DNA from: Lytechinus pictus
Taxonomy: Eukaryota
DNA: 64,000 bases
Assembly (NCBI RefSeq): GCF_037042905.1
Contig: NC_087252.1
Span: 19,904,001 to 19,968,000, forward strand
Direction of reading: 5' to 3'
The notes beneath the pieces were generated by a model. It saw nothing but the letters and a program-made list of their open reading frames with translations. It was not told the origin of the DNA and searched no databases. Shown piece by piece: positions 1 through 12,857 of this stretch. The stretch's first letter is position 1. The number at the start of each line of letters is the position of its first letter. A program made the translations under genes and the position numbers.

Positions 1-285
1 GATGTGTGGAACAGTCTCCCAGAAGATGTAGTTAATGCTTGTTCAGTGATTGCATTTAAGAATAGACTGGATAAGCATTGGGAGAAGATTGCCTATGATT
101 TTGAGTGATTTTCGATTCTCGTGTGTTTTCATGGAAATTTCTGCTGGCTATGATACCCCTGCCACCCCTCCCTGCCAACAAAAGTAGCACATCTAATTTT
201 GTCTGAAGGAGAGCAGCAATCGACATTCTTCTTTGATCGATGAACAGGCTTAGTCCTACAACATCGTTGGAGTAAACTAAACTAT
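1..285 (+). mobile_element. 3' end of a CR1/L2-type LINE (ORF2 C-terminus, 3' UTR, short tail)
   Basis: Frame +1 from base 1 reads DVWNSLPEDVVNACSVIAFKNRLDKHWEKIAYDFE* (stop at 106-108), matching the WNxLP..VV.A.S...FK.RLD motif at the end of CR1-clade ORF2. It ends in taaactaaact. Confidence 0.8.
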
Positions 286-290
286 ATATA

Positions 291-1194
291 TAAACCCCTC
301 AAAAAAAGTTTGGAAATCTATGTTTGGCCATTAATTTCTCCCAACTTCTAACTTTACACAATGCACATTTTACATCATCCAAAAAGATCATTTAATTCTC
401 TCTAAAATGATACCATGCTTGTTATAATCATGCCATCACGAAAAGAGCAGGATTAAAAAATGTTGGATAAGGTCTGAATTGAAAAGCTGCAAAACGAGCA
501 AAATATGTTTGGAAATCTGAGTTTGGCCATTAATTTCTCCCAACTCCCAATGTAACACAATGCATATTTGATATCATTCAAAAGATCATTAAATTCTCTT
601 TAAGATGATACAATGCTTGTTATGATCATGCCATCACGATAAGAGCAGGATTCAAAAGTGTTGGGCGAGGTCTGAATTGAAAAGCTGCAAAACGAGCAGA
701 AATAGTCATGAAGGGTCAATACAGAACATGATTCTTTTGTCTGTGTCAGTAGAGATGAAAATCCATTGAAATCAAGCTCCTGCTTCTGTACAGTAGTGAT
801 GTTTCTGTGAGATAACATGGTTTGAGACTTTGAGTCTATGCATGTGTGTTTGCTATATGTTTGCTTGTGCAGAGGTGTGTTTGATTCCATGTTAATGTTG
901 ATGTTAAGGTGCATGAAAACAATTAAAAGAAACCGCTGAGAAACTCACTCATCACCACTGAAAAAAGAACAGTGACTTTCAATATTGTGTCATTTTGTAA
1001 CTTTTGAATTTTGATCTTGCCCCACATTTCAATGCACTGCACCTCAATGTGAACCATAATCATATCATGTAGGGTATCATTTTAAAGAAAATTAAATGCC
1101 CTATTCATTAATATCAATTACACCTTGATATTTACTAAAAGCGCGGAGGGATTATCGATCAAAGTCAGATTTCCAAACTTTTTTTGAGAGCTTA
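291..1194. mobile_element. Tc1/mariner-like MITE
   Basis: TIRs ctcaaaaaaagtttggaaatct / agatttccaaactttttttgag in TA context; internal ~200-bp direct duplication (about 305-505 and 507-700); no transposase ORF. Confidence 0.65.
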
Positions 1195-1656
1195 TACATA
1201 TATATATATGTATTATATGAAACAGCTCGCGTTTCGTGAGCTTACTTTTATTTTTTTTTCATTGTTTGAATCCTGCACCCTGTTCATGATTATAAAGGAA
1301 TCCCTATAATATTCTGTGTTCAGGGATAAAAAAACCCCGAAATATGAGAACCTATATCATCTAGTCTTTATGAAATAGTTAAAGTTAATGCTAACATGTG
1401 CTTATATTCAGTCTTTAGAGCTACTTCAGCTGTTCAAGTAGCCGATCGGATGTTTTTTGGAATGCATTTGTGTTCTCTGTCGCACTGCATGAGATGATAT
1501 TCCCATCCTAGCACGTAGAATGAAGAAGGAAAAAGAGGAAAGGATATATTAAATGGAAATATGGAAGGAAATAAACAAAAATTCACATCCACAATATATA
1601 TAACACCACAATAATTTGTTTTTGTTTGTTTAAGAAAGATCTATCTTTTTACTTAC

Positions 1657-1714
1657 CTGTTTTACTTTTCTTCACAGTTCTAACAGTACCAGCGGCGGCA
1701 ATTGTAGTAGGCAC
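1657..1714 (-). CDS. Gene B exon 5, Thr/Ala-rich linker (VPTTIAAAGTVRTVKKSKT)
   Basis: Acceptor ttatag, donor gtaagt; phase 0 to 1; open frame continuous with exon 4. Confidence 0.6.
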
Positions 1715-2330
1715 CTATAACAAAAGAAATGACAAGGACGAAAGATTAATTTACCAGTTGAATAATAATAAAAAATGTAACCATTATCGAGACGTAATTA
1801 TTTAGGGATCGGCAAGAAAAGGCTTTTAAATCTTTTGATATCTTAAAAATACTATCACACTTCACCCTCTTTTTCTTTCCTCTCCTTTCGCTTCCTCCTT
1901 TTTTTAAAATCCGGGTTGTGATATTGTGGCGGGGGGGGGGGGGGGGGGGCAGTGCTCCATCACATTATTTGAATGGCAATTATCTCCAGCTCAGAGTTGA
2001 ACATAACCATGTGGTTCAAAGTGTGGATATGCTGTGGTTCAAAGTGTGGAGATGGTCCACTGATATATCATGTCTATGGAGTAAACATTCATAAGGTATA
2101 TATTTTTTAATTCTAGCAGAAGTGTAAGACAGTGTGCTGGGGAGGGAGGGGGGGGGGGGTCGCCTCACAATACAACCTTTCCTTTCTTGTAATATTGTGT
2201 GTGTGTTAGTGAGAGAGAGAGAGAGAGAGATTGAGGGGGGGGGGGCGCTGGGGACTTGAGGTGGATCCCACCTTACCTCTTTTTCCATCTTCAAATGGCT
2301 TAAGTTAATAAAATATGACAATTTACGTAC

Positions 2331-2368
2331 CGTAGTAGTGGCTACTGTTGCTGGTACTGCTGAATTAC
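2331..2368 (-). CDS. Gene B exon 4, linker (CNSAVPATVATTT)
   Basis: Acceptor aaatag then GT completes the split TGT (last Cys of the SUEL domain); donor gtacgt (phase 0). An alternative gtaaat donor lies 4 nt further. Confidence 0.65.
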
Positions 2369-3119
2369 CTATTTGAATGAAAGAAAGCAGAACAAAATTA
2401 AATATTTGGAAAGTACAGGCGTGTGTTGTTCCAAAAGCTGTATCAAAGAACTAGATGGTCCTCTCCAAATGGAGGGGGTGCTCGGAAACTGGAATTTAAC
2501 ATGAAATTGGGGACTCCGAGAACTGACGCCTGAAATGAGAGGGTTTTGAATGCAGGAGAACGTTTTGGTGAATGAAAAATTGTGAAAATGATATGCTTAG
2601 TATAACTGATGGCAATGCGTGAAAAGGGGGCCGTAACATGCTTAAGGGATGCGCATACCGATATTACCATTATACGTTAGTGTCCCCGCCCATCTACGAT
2701 CAAATTATCATTTTTTCACTTTTGATTGACACTTTGTGTCATTTTGACATACTGATTATTAACAAAAATACACAATTAATGCTGCAGTCACATTTCCGAC
2801 TCGGAAACAGAAATTTTATCTAATCTTATTCAAAGCATTTAAGGATGCCATAGCAGTGAAATTTGGGTATGGTATTTGTACGTAGTTTGTACCTAATGAT
2901 GATGATGATAACAACAACAATAACAACAGCTACAACAATAACAGTAATAATAATAACCATAGCTACAAATACGGGGTGCTGGCGGTGTAAAATGCAATTA
3001 ATCAAGGAACTTTGCCGCCATTATGGTGCGTAATTAAATGGCAAAAAAAATTAGGAGAGTAGTATAGGCAGGGGGGGGGGGATGCTGGAGGCACAAAATA
3101 AATAGGTCAAATGATGACG

Positions 3120-3255
3120 CTAATAATAATAATAATACGAATAATGATAATAATAATAACAATACTAATAATAAAAATAAAATTAATAATAACAATAATA
3201 ATAACTATTATTATCATTACTAATATTATTATTACTATTATTATCATTATAAAGA
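3120..3255. repeat. Degenerate (AAT)n/(ATT)n microsatellite
   Basis: Direct inspection; source of the spurious poly-Ile ORF at 3107-3514. Confidence 0.9.
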
Positions 3256-3636
3256 TTAGATGAAACCAATAACAAAATACATCGACAATGATTAGTAACA
3301 TATTTCGTATAATAAAAGATATAAGGAGAAGATAAAGTAGTGGGGAAAGGGGAAGAAAAAGTAGTATATATACAAGGAAAAAGAAAGATGAAGAAGAATT
3401 TCGAAGAAAAAGACGAAAGAGGAATTGTAGAAGGAGACAAAGAAGTGGAAAAAATAAGGAGAGTAATACATAAAAAAAAGAGTTAGAAGAACACAAAGTA
3501 GTGGAATGAAGCAAATATTCACTAATGAATGATACGCGCCGTATAAGCTAGAACAACAACTACAACAACAAGCAAATGAAAGAGCCAATATCAAAATATT
3601 ATAAAGAAAACATGAAACAAAATATCTTATACTCAC

Positions 3637-3909
3637 AATTATAGGTGACATTGAGGTACTTGAAGGTATTCGGACATGGGTCATAATTGAAAAGGCACGC
3701 AAGGTCACAGGTCTGTTCACCCTGACAGAGACCTTGGGCATAAGTCAGTTCATCTTGTACACAGTTTGTAGTTCGAATTGATGAATGTGGACAAGCCACA
3801 CTACCTGAGGCACTTCGGCCATACTGGGAGTCAAGGATATTGATGATACCAGGGGAACAGTCGATGGTTCCTTCTTCGTTCTGACACAGAATCAGGTCCG
3901 TAGATGTGG
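3637..3909 (-). CDS. Gene B exon 3, SUEL-type (galactose/rhamnose-binding) lectin domain
   Basis: 273-bp phase 1-1 exon: ATSTDLILCQNEEGTIDCSPGIINILDSQYGRSASGSVACPHSSIRTTNCVQDELTYAQGLCQGEQTCDLACLFNYDPCPNTFKYLNVTYNC. It has the YGR and DPC..T.KYL.V.Y.C SUEL motifs; acceptor catgcag, donor gtgagt. Confidence 0.9.
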
Positions 3910-4896
3910 CTGCATGAGAGAAAGTCTAAACCTAAGAAGTTGGGAAAGCCTGAAAGTTGGTTTGTTTAATTTTTATCGTGGCTTGATACCCAGCGCCTTG
4001 TTCAGAAACTAGAAACGATTGGGCAATTGCTAGATTGCTGGTTTCTGAATAATGGTTTGATCCATTTTTTCTCCTTTAGGGAGGTTAAACTGGTGTACCC
4101 CAGGGCTCTATCATCGACCCTTATTTATTTGTGCACTTCAGCCTTACTGCAACCTCCAACGGTAATGACCTTCCTGATCATGCAACTCAGGTCAAGAGTC
4201 CGGCAGGCTTGCTGATGATCGTCTACTCCACATTATGGGGTTTATAATGTTATAATGCTTCATCACTTTTACTGTAATTATCACCATTACCATGATTACT
4301 CTTATTTTTATAATTAGAGTTCATGCAGTTGGTGATGCTGACCAGATGATATAGAATACTCTCTACAACTAAATGAGGAGACAGACAGGTTGATCGATGA
4401 AACTGAACACCAAACGTGTGTGGTCAGACTATATCAGTCACCAGAGAGCGGGACAGGCTCGTTTCATAAACAGTTACAACAATTATAGCTTTGTCGTCAT
4501 GGCAAATACCATGGTAATCAAAATCAAAGTAGCCATAATAGTTGCCATAATGGTAAGTTAGAATTTTTGTAACACTTATGAAAAGGGCTCCAGGACTTTC
4601 ACCAGTTGAAACTCAACATAATGATCTATTCATCATTTTATTTCATTTTGTTTTCATTGCTATGAACATTATCATCCCTGATTATATTAGTGGATTTTTA
4701 GTACCATTTCCATTAATATTAGACACACTGTCATTATATGATACATGCGTTATTTAGATACCAGTCTATAAATAGAAACGGTAACAATAATAAGGAAATA
4801 TGTGTGTAAATATTGTATTATATAATGTATTAAGATAAAAAAGAAAATCTGCATCTAAAGGTAGATCTCAAATCTTTGAAATATTTAATCACTCAC

Positions 4897-4942
4897 CAGT
4901 TGATTCGTATATTACACTCGCAGAGAGAACCAAACCAAGAAC
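4897..4942 (-). CDS. Gene B exon 2, hydrophobic core of the signal peptide (VLGLVLSASVIYEST)
   Basis: Acceptor ctattaag, donor gtgagt; phase 0 to 1; joins exon 1 and the SUEL exon in frame. Confidence 0.65.
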
Positions 4943-5021
4943 CTTAATAGGGAATACGAACAAAAATAATTGAATAAAAGTACAGTTGTTTAACGATTAT
5001 CGTGGCATCAACATCATCCGT

Positions 5022-5216
5022 GGAGGTGCCGTGGCCGAGTGGTCTAAGGCGCCTGGCTATACATGGAAAGTCCGGGGTTCGATCCCCGGCCGCGGCACCT
5101 ATGCCCGTGAGCAAGGCATTTAATCTACAATGCTCTTTTATCCTGCTTTCAAATAAATGGAAATGCTTTATGCATTATTGGTAACTAGGTGTGAACTTGT
5201 TTAAACAAAAAAAAAA
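5022..5216 (+). mobile_element. tRNA-derived SINE
   Basis: Pol III A box (tggccgagtgg) and B box (ggttcgatccc), followed by a non-tRNA body (gagcaaggcattt...) and an A-rich tail. Confidence 0.75.
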
Positions 5217-5435
5217 ATACTCATAATTATCGCAATTATCGCCCCCGTCATATTCATTGCCACAGTCAGCGTTTTTTTAATTTCTCATTTGACAAAACTT
5301 ACAGTTACCATGATTTAATGCAAATAATGACCTCCACTAACGATATAGTTGCAACGCACACCAAACATACAATCCGACAAAGTAACCTCAGACATGTCAG
5401 ACTATATCGATTTATAAAGTTACAATTTGCAAATA

Positions 5436-5674
5436 CACTACAAAAACTCCGGTGTTGATTTAACACCAGCCCGGAATCTATATATGCCCTCACCAGAAAA
5501 GTGTTAAACAACACCGGTTTGGTATTAGTCTAACACCAGATAGGTGTTTATACACCAATTAGTTTTAAAACAGCATCGCTTTGATTCCAAACTGGGGTTG
5601 TTTCAATACTTCTCTGGTGTGGACATATATAGATTCCGGGCTGGTGTTAAATCAATACCGGAGTTTATGTAAGC
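5436..5674. mobile_element. MITE with ~50-bp TIRs starting CACTA (EnSpm/CACTA-like)
   Basis: cactacaaaaactccggtgttgatttaacaccagcccggaatctatatatg is mirrored by catatatagattccgggctggtgttaaatcaataccggagttt. Confidence 0.65.
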
Positions 5675-5969
5675 TTGTATGATTTCAGAACAAAACTTCA
5701 CCACAAAAATAAGGATGACACAGGAGTAAAACTCACATCGATGACACATCAAATCCTCACCAAAGACAATATAGAAATAAACCACCAACCACTCCAGAAT
5801 TACTGATAAAATTCCATGATCTATCGACAACTACCACCGCCAAATGCACCACCAAAGACTCTTTTTATCAAGCAAATATCCCGAGCATGAACAATATCAT
5901 TACCAACGTTGTGTACTATTCTCCCTAAATTGACATTAATTGTTGGAAAATGATAAATACTTTCCGTAC

Positions 5970-6002
5970 CTGGAAAGGTCCAAACTGCTTCTTTATCTTC
6001 AT
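5970..6002 (-). CDS. Gene B exon 1 coding part (MKIKKQFGPFQ)
   Basis: ATG in a good context (gcaaccATG); CAG|gtacgg donor, phase 0; with exon 2 it gives a basic-then-hydrophobic signal-peptide-like N-terminus. Confidence 0.55.
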
Positions 6003-6719
6003 GGTTGCTCAAAAAAGGAACCTTTTCCTAAGATCAGCTTCCCCAAAGCTACAACGATTATGTCTGCAAGTTTGTGTTCAGTTTCCGTCTTCAATACCTT
6101 GATGAATTATGATGATCACGGCCAAATTGTCTGCCTCGCAATCCTGTTATTCTATCATACCGAAGCACATCAGAACATTAAAAAACAACTCATTAATTGC
6201 TCAATAAGAGACGATATACTACAGGTGCACATTCCTCATGTTCCTTTAAATGTATAATCACTCTTCAATACTATTTTATAGGTTGATGAAGTGAACAATC
6301 CAATATCAGCCAGGTTAATTTTTCATGTTTTAAAAACTGTTCCGTAATATATATATATATATATACATAAAGAGATGATGGAAAAGTGATAAACTTTCTT
6401 TTCTTCTGTCTGTGATGTTGAAGAGAGAAGTGCTCTGAGTCTCACAGAAGCGATGCAATGCATCATCTAGATCGAGGAGATAGATCTGAAAACCAACAGG
6501 TTGGATAGCATCATCATTACCATGGAAAGGTTGTCATAGTAGCACGCAATGGCCACCGATGTGTGATGCATTTCGTTACCCCAGCCCCTTGAATTGAGAT
6601 GGTTGAAATACTTTTAATAGATTAAAAATTTTCATCCCAGGGTTATAATGCGTATACAGAACCCATTAATCATCGCGTAAATTCATTCTCCATCAAGTTA
6701 ATGTATCAATAATATTATA

Positions 6720-7040
6720 CGATGTGGTCTAGTGGTTCTTTCGTCTTCCAATCTGAGGGACGTGGGTTCGATTCCCAGTCATGGCATGTTTCCCTTCAGC
6801 AAGAAATGTATCCACATTGTGCTGCTGCACTCGACCCAGGTGAGGTGAATGGGTAGCCGGTGGAAAGAAATTCCTTGAATGCTTCAGTGGCTGTGAGCAC
6901 AGCTAAAGCCGGTGTAATATTAGCAGCGCTTTGTATCCTCAGGCAAAAAGCGCTTTATAAATCCAGCTATTACTATTACAATATTATCATTATTATTATT
7001 AATATTATTATTATCATTATTATTATCATAATTATTAATA
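6720..7040 (+). mobile_element. tRNA-derived SINE with (TAT)n tail
   Basis: A/B boxes (gtggtctagtgg, gggttcgattcc); body cagcaagaaatgtatccacattgtgctgcactcgacccaggtg is shared with the copies at 9160, 40145 and 41780. Confidence 0.75.
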
Positions 7041-7579
7041 TTGATACCCCGTTCTTGCAGATCACATATCGCATTATCCTCTTCTTCTCTTTGTGATTCT
7101 ACTAGACTTGGGATCTTATTAGTAATTTCATTACACTGGCCCCAGCCCGGCAGTCATTTGCAGCATCGCAAAAGCATTTCAGTGAATTCATTATTGGCAG
7201 CTACCCAGTTACCTCTCCTGGGTCGAGAGTGGCAAATGTAGACCAATGGCATAAAGAAAATCATTCTGAAGATGATGTACGACTTTCAAAATTGTGAAGT
7301 GATAAATTAAAAATTTGCATATTGGATTCAACGGACCGTAGTCTGAACTCAGGTTTAAATTCAGCTCTGGTCTAAAGTTGTGGTTTAACAATATGGATAG
7401 TCAGCTGTGACACAGATCTTGTAAGCTACATTTATAAGTCCAGTTTACACTCAAATCGTTCACTGTGAATAAAAATCAACAAAGTTCTCTTTACCATTAG
7501 ATTTTGAGGGAAGAATGCAATAAAAATAAGGAATATAAAATGTTTATAAAAATTCTAACAAAGTTGTAACAAAAGTCTT

Positions 7580-7596
7580 TATCTATCTATCTATCC

Positions 7597-7673
<77 letters not shown>

Positions 7674-7674
7674 C

Positions 7675-7709
<35 letters not shown>

Positions 7710-7723
7710 ATCTATCTATCTAT
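7580..7723. repeat. (CTAT)n tetranucleotide microsatellite
   Basis: About 35 near-perfect units by inspection. Confidence 0.95.
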
Positions 7724-9159
7724 TTACAGTATATATTAATACATTTCTATCTGTTTATGTATTCATCTGCAAATAGATTCCTCATCTCTTTTTTCCCTGC
7801 CCCCTTCTCGTCCTTCTGTCTTGTCCATCCTCTCTGGATACTCTCTTTCCATCCATCATTCCCATGGAGCTCTTTATTTTCCCGCTTATTATCCTGTTAT
7901 ACAATTCTAAAACACCAACACACGGCTCATCAGCCTATCCTATGAAGATTAATGGCCTCGCTGAAAAGTGAATAAAAGCCCTTATGAAATATTCATAGTC
8001 TGATCATCGCATCAGAGCTAGAACTAGGTCTCAGGGTTGCAAAACCGATTAGAGAACGGAACTTTAATAATTATAATCAGATAATTAAAATCATGCATCG
8101 TAACGCTCAGCCTATAGTGGTATTTCAATTCATTAACTTGTATCCTCTTGACTCCCCTGACAACTACATTTATCAATTGATGATATTACACAGCAGGTCA
8201 CAATGAGGCCCTGTTGTGAAATTCACCTGATGATATCATGTCCCCACTTTCCCCTTTCTTATGTTATTACATAAAATCGTAATAATTTCATATTTTCATA
8301 CATTTGTGTGTGTTTGGTATACCTCCCTTATAAAAAAAAGTTCCACCAATGAATATCTGATGCATTAAACCAGTTGTCAATCCATTCATTCCATTCTTAG
8401 TGAACAAAACTTGAATAAACATAATTTCACATAACAATACAAAAAGAATGAATGGGATATGACATCAGCACGCTCATTGCGTTTTTCACGAAGACATGCA
8501 TAAAACTGTTTCAAAACTGTTTCACCGAAATAATGCAAAGTTTATGTCACAACTTCGTCCTTGTCCGGTTTTGAAGAAATTTTCAGCGTTTGGTTTGTCC
8601 GACTTTACTTTCTCTGTTGAAACCAAATGATAGTCAGCCTTGAGTGCCGCTTTGAATACAAACATATCAACTGTTCGTCAAAACTGCAGGCGAATATTTC
8701 ATTTTCCCCGAGCCATGTGAGCGTATTGTATTTTAAATTCTTCACTTGATGGACATGTATGCATTATTAAAAGGTTAGGCAAGGCATCGTCAGCGAATTG
8801 TATGGCCCTCACATGAATAAGAAATCGGTTTATTGTATGTGCAATCATGAAAATTGTATTTGATGCTCACGTTAATTTCATCAAAATTATTAGGTATTCA
8901 TCAACTTGTTTCACTTCCCCCTCTGTTAAGCTATAGTCACACAAAAACCTTAACCGGCCGATGGTATGTCATTCAAAATAATGTACTAGAATAAATCGGT
9001 CTGGAGTCTGTTTCGTGGGGGTGTGACGGCGGCTTTACTCTGTAAAATAAAGAGCGGTGTACTAATTAGGAAACCGCTGTCATTTAGGTATTTGTATAGC
9101 ACCATCTATCCGGAAATGATCTATTCCAAGGCGCTTATTTTAAAACCGGCGTAATATAG

Positions 9160-9645
9160 GTATATTACCCAGGGAAGGCACTTTAGTTCTGAAAACTGTT
9201 CTCCCAGCGGCCCCTGCTATTATTATTACCCCGGCTTTAGCTGGGCTGCCTAGGCGCTCAAGCATTCAAGGAACTTTCTTCCTACCGGGTACCCATGAAA
9301 TCACCTCATCTGGGTTGAGTGCAGCACAATGTGGATACATTTCTTGCTGAAGGAAATTACGCCATGGCTGGGATTCGATTGAACCCACGCCTCTCTGTTT
9401 CAAAGTCAAAAGACTAATCCACTGGGCCACAACGCTCCACTAAGCACGAGCTTACACCTCGAGCGTAAGCTCGAGCTGCCTTCAAGCATTCATTGAATTA
9501 ATTGTGCCAAGTACCCATTCACCTCTCATGGGTTGAGTGCAGCATGATGGGGTAAATTTCTTGATGAAGGAAAACACGCTATGGCCGAAATTCGAATCGA
9601 CGACCGTGTGATCGAGAGACGAGTAAGAACTCCTTCACCATGACG
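9160..9645 (-). mobile_element. Two adjacent tRNA-derived SINE copies (about 9160-9440 and 9470-9645)
   Basis: Reverse complement of the SINE at 40145-40430, with shared body and tail segments. Confidence 0.7.
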
Positions 9646-10159
9646 TCCCTCATCCCTGTTCTTTCAGCTTCCCGGTATAAAATTGACTTCTTTCTTCATC
9701 ATCCCATGCGCGGATCCAAGAGCAGCAGCTCGAGGGGTAACATGTACCTGTCCCGCCTTTCGTAACAAAACTTGTACATTGTTTCTCCTCTCTTTTTAAA
9801 AGTACATACTTCCAGAAATTGCACCCTTTGTTATGTGTTTATGAGATTTTCTGAGACGCTTAGTACGTCCGTTTAGGAGTAAGAACACATATATTTGCCT
9901 TGCCCCTTTTTGGTTGGCTGTAAAGCTGAAATACTACCCTCTGACTATTACTATGGTAACTGCATATGTTGTATCTAACAACAGAGTTTCAATTTACCAT
10001 CCCATCTATCACTCAGATCATTCATAACTGTGTAGGAATAACTGATAAATGAATTAGTTTTCTCCGCCATTATAGCATACTGAAAGAGCATTGTGAGCAT
10101 AAGAAGCATCCAATGTAAACAAAATATTGAAATATTTGGCTTCCCATACTTTATGAGAG

Positions 10160-10649
10160 TTAAAGGGAAAGTTTACCCTGAATTAAAGTTTGTTGTAAAA
10201 ATAGCAGAAAAAAAATATTGGTGAAGGTTTGAGGAAAATCCGTTAAGGATTAAGAACATCATTAGAATTTTAGAAGTTTTGGATTTGTGACAACATAAAC
10301 GAGCAGCTGCCCTATATGTTATGTAATGCATGAATTTCATTTTTTTTAATATGGCTCAGATGACTTATTTTTGTTTTCTATTCATGATTGGGTGTGAAAT
10401 GATTTGTCTAATGATATACAATAGGTACAGTATAAAATATTTTCATTTTTCTGAGAAAATGACATTTCATTGATTTTTTTTATCATTCAGTATGTAGGAA
10501 TGCTGCTCGCATATGACGTCACAAATCAAATATTTAACATTCTAATATCAAACTTTTAAAATCTTAGATGGATTTTTCTCAAACCTTTGGCAATATTTTT
10601 TCTGCTAATTTTACAATAAACTTGTTGTCAGAGTGAACTTCCCCTTTAA
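10160..10649. mobile_element. TTAA-flanked MITE with AGG...CCT ends (Kolobok-like)
   Basis: ttaa-agggaaagtttaccctga ... tcagagtgaacttcccct-ttaa, with long imperfect TIRs. Confidence 0.7.
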
Positions 10650-12222
10650 ACCATAGTCAAACTAGGGAGCATTTCATCAACATTCTTGTCTGACACGTTG
10701 TAAGGTCTGACAACTTTCCTTAAATCTGATTGGCTGAAAGGCAATGTTACTATCGGATGAAATGTCCGACAAGTCCTTTCATGAAACGTTCCCTGGACTT
10801 CAGCATACGGGCCATAGTGTCCACTCGTTTCGAAAATTTACCCCACGTATCTGTAGCATGAATTGCACAATTGGAAGTGCGACTAGTTACGAGCATTTAC
10901 AGAGAAATCCATCAAAGTGGTAGGGTATAGTTTCATGATTGTTTGTGAATGGGGCTTTCCTATAGGGGGTCTGTTTCACAAAAGGTTGGAATACATGATA
11001 CCACAATCCATCACCTGAATGTTGACACAACATTAGATGGCACAACATATCTTAGATGAAATAAAGCTCAGAGGAAATGTCGCCAGAACATATTTTGCTT
11101 CGGTGACAGTTGCTCCGGGCTTTATATCGTCTAAGGTATACGCTAAAGGTTTGATTAGGGTTTCATGTTAGGATTAAGTATGGTGTGAGGTCCAGTGCTG
11201 AAGATGGTCATGCCATTATTGTGTGGAATTTATAGCGGAACTATATTGTTGCCGGAGAAATGTCATGGAACCCTTTCAATATAATCCTTTAGCGTCATAG
11301 CACAGTTGAAAGAGTCCAGCAGGAAATACAGAATACAAGAATGATGCATCTCAAAGCATTCCTTATTTTATTTCAGAAACATAAAAAGACAAGTCGTGAA
11401 ACCAGTTGATATAAAAATTCTTCAAGATTTTGCCATAAATTCTTAGGAAGGATATACAAGCCTTCAAATACCCGTTTATAATCCCAAACAATTGAAACAG
11501 AATTTGGATTTGATACATGTATACATCAAATAATTTCTTTAATTTCAGAAACTAACAAATACAAGTCATTATTTCAGTAGAAAATCATATTGTGAAAGAC
11601 TTTTTCACAGGATGACTACCATTTTAAATTGTGTCTTTAACTGGTTCAAGAATGTGGTTGAAGTTATTTAATTTTTTAACCCAGTCATTCATTAACATAT
11701 TCTATTTTCCGTTAATCTATGAGATTTTTGTTCTTGAATTTGGCTATTTATTGAAAAAAATATGTTGGATAAATCCATTCATCCTTAAACTTATGGGGAC
11801 ATCTGGACTGAATGTATACTATTTTATTAACATGCATTTAGACACAATCATGGGTTTAAACTTGCTTTCACATCTGCCTTTAAGGCTTACAATGATACAA
11901 CCAACACCGACACAATTTATAAAGATTTTGACATATAAAATCTACTTTATTCTAAGAAAAATATTTGAATATAAAAACCTATAAGTACTGTGTGTATATA
12001 TATAAGTGCCCCACCAAAGGTCAGAGCCACATCTTTCCAGCAGGAATTCCTCAAGTGGTTCTTATTTATTGCTAATCAATCACTTTTCGTCATAGACAGA
12101 ACACTGGGGCTTCGGGATAGAAACCACAGCCTTGAGGAACCCCCTATGAAGGGATGTAAATATAAGCAATGCTATTGTACTAATTGACAAATTCTTCCTA
12201 ACATGATAATGATAGGATTATA

Positions 12223-12680
12223 TGTGACAAACCAACCATAAATCAACGATATTAAGTCGCCAGGGAAATAGCCACAATTTGGAACCCCAAAAGTAAAAAT
12301 TCAAAAATTTGCTCTTTTTTTTTATTTGAAAGGGTAATTCTTCATTCTGCCAAAATTTAAAGTTGTACTGTTGAATAAAAGACAGGATAAATAATTTCTT
12401 TTACACACTCTTTGCACACTACTGGAAAGTTTCACAGAAATTGCACTTGAGACACATCTCAAAGTGAACCCCAAACTTCAAACCTAGTTTCCACCTCATT
12501 TAAAAAAAAAAAATCTCACTGAATTTCTTGAACATTCAATCAACTACTTGTGAGGGTTATTGCTGATCGATTTCAACAAGTGTATTTCCAAGCTTAGGAT
12601 GTGCTTTTTAACACTCAATAAAAATCTAAACAAAAATCCTTTTGGGCGACTTATTGTTGGTTTTGGGGTGGCCGGTCACA
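12223..12680. mobile_element. Short degenerate TIR element with TGTGAC...GTCACA ends
   Basis: Imperfect ~38-bp TIRs ending in taagtcgcc; same terminal hexamer as the 56457-61016 element; a solo end lies at about 42210-42246. Confidence 0.5.
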
Positions 12681-12857
12681 TGTTTTATATTTACTAAAAG
12701 ATAACATAAGATACAACGACCCTCAGATTCCAATATATACACCATAAAATGTGAATAGAAATGTACCTTTACAGCTGCTTGTAAATTGATATATAATTAT
12801 ATATGTACACATTTTTAGAACCAATCTTACATTGCAACATGAGGAAATATGCTTCTT

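Noticed and set aside
3107..3741. Hydrophobic ORFs resembling membrane proteins (3107-3514, 3183-3440, 3292-3741)
   Set aside because: They are translations of (AAT)n and GA-rich low-complexity intron sequence, or wrong-frame reads of the SUEL exon.
5022..5098. tRNA gene
   Set aside because: The anticodon arm is not well formed, and the sequence continues into a SINE-like body and A tail; called as a SINE head.
5303..5386. Possible extra hydrophobic exon of gene B (LLCRIVCLVCVATISLVE) near a gtaagt
   Set aside because: No good acceptor, a stop precedes the strong donor, and exons 1 and 2 already join in frame.
6274..6280. TATA box (TATAAAA, minus strand) for gene B
   Set aside because: Common by chance in AT-rich DNA, and several upstream ATGs lie between it and the start at 6002; needs transcription start data.
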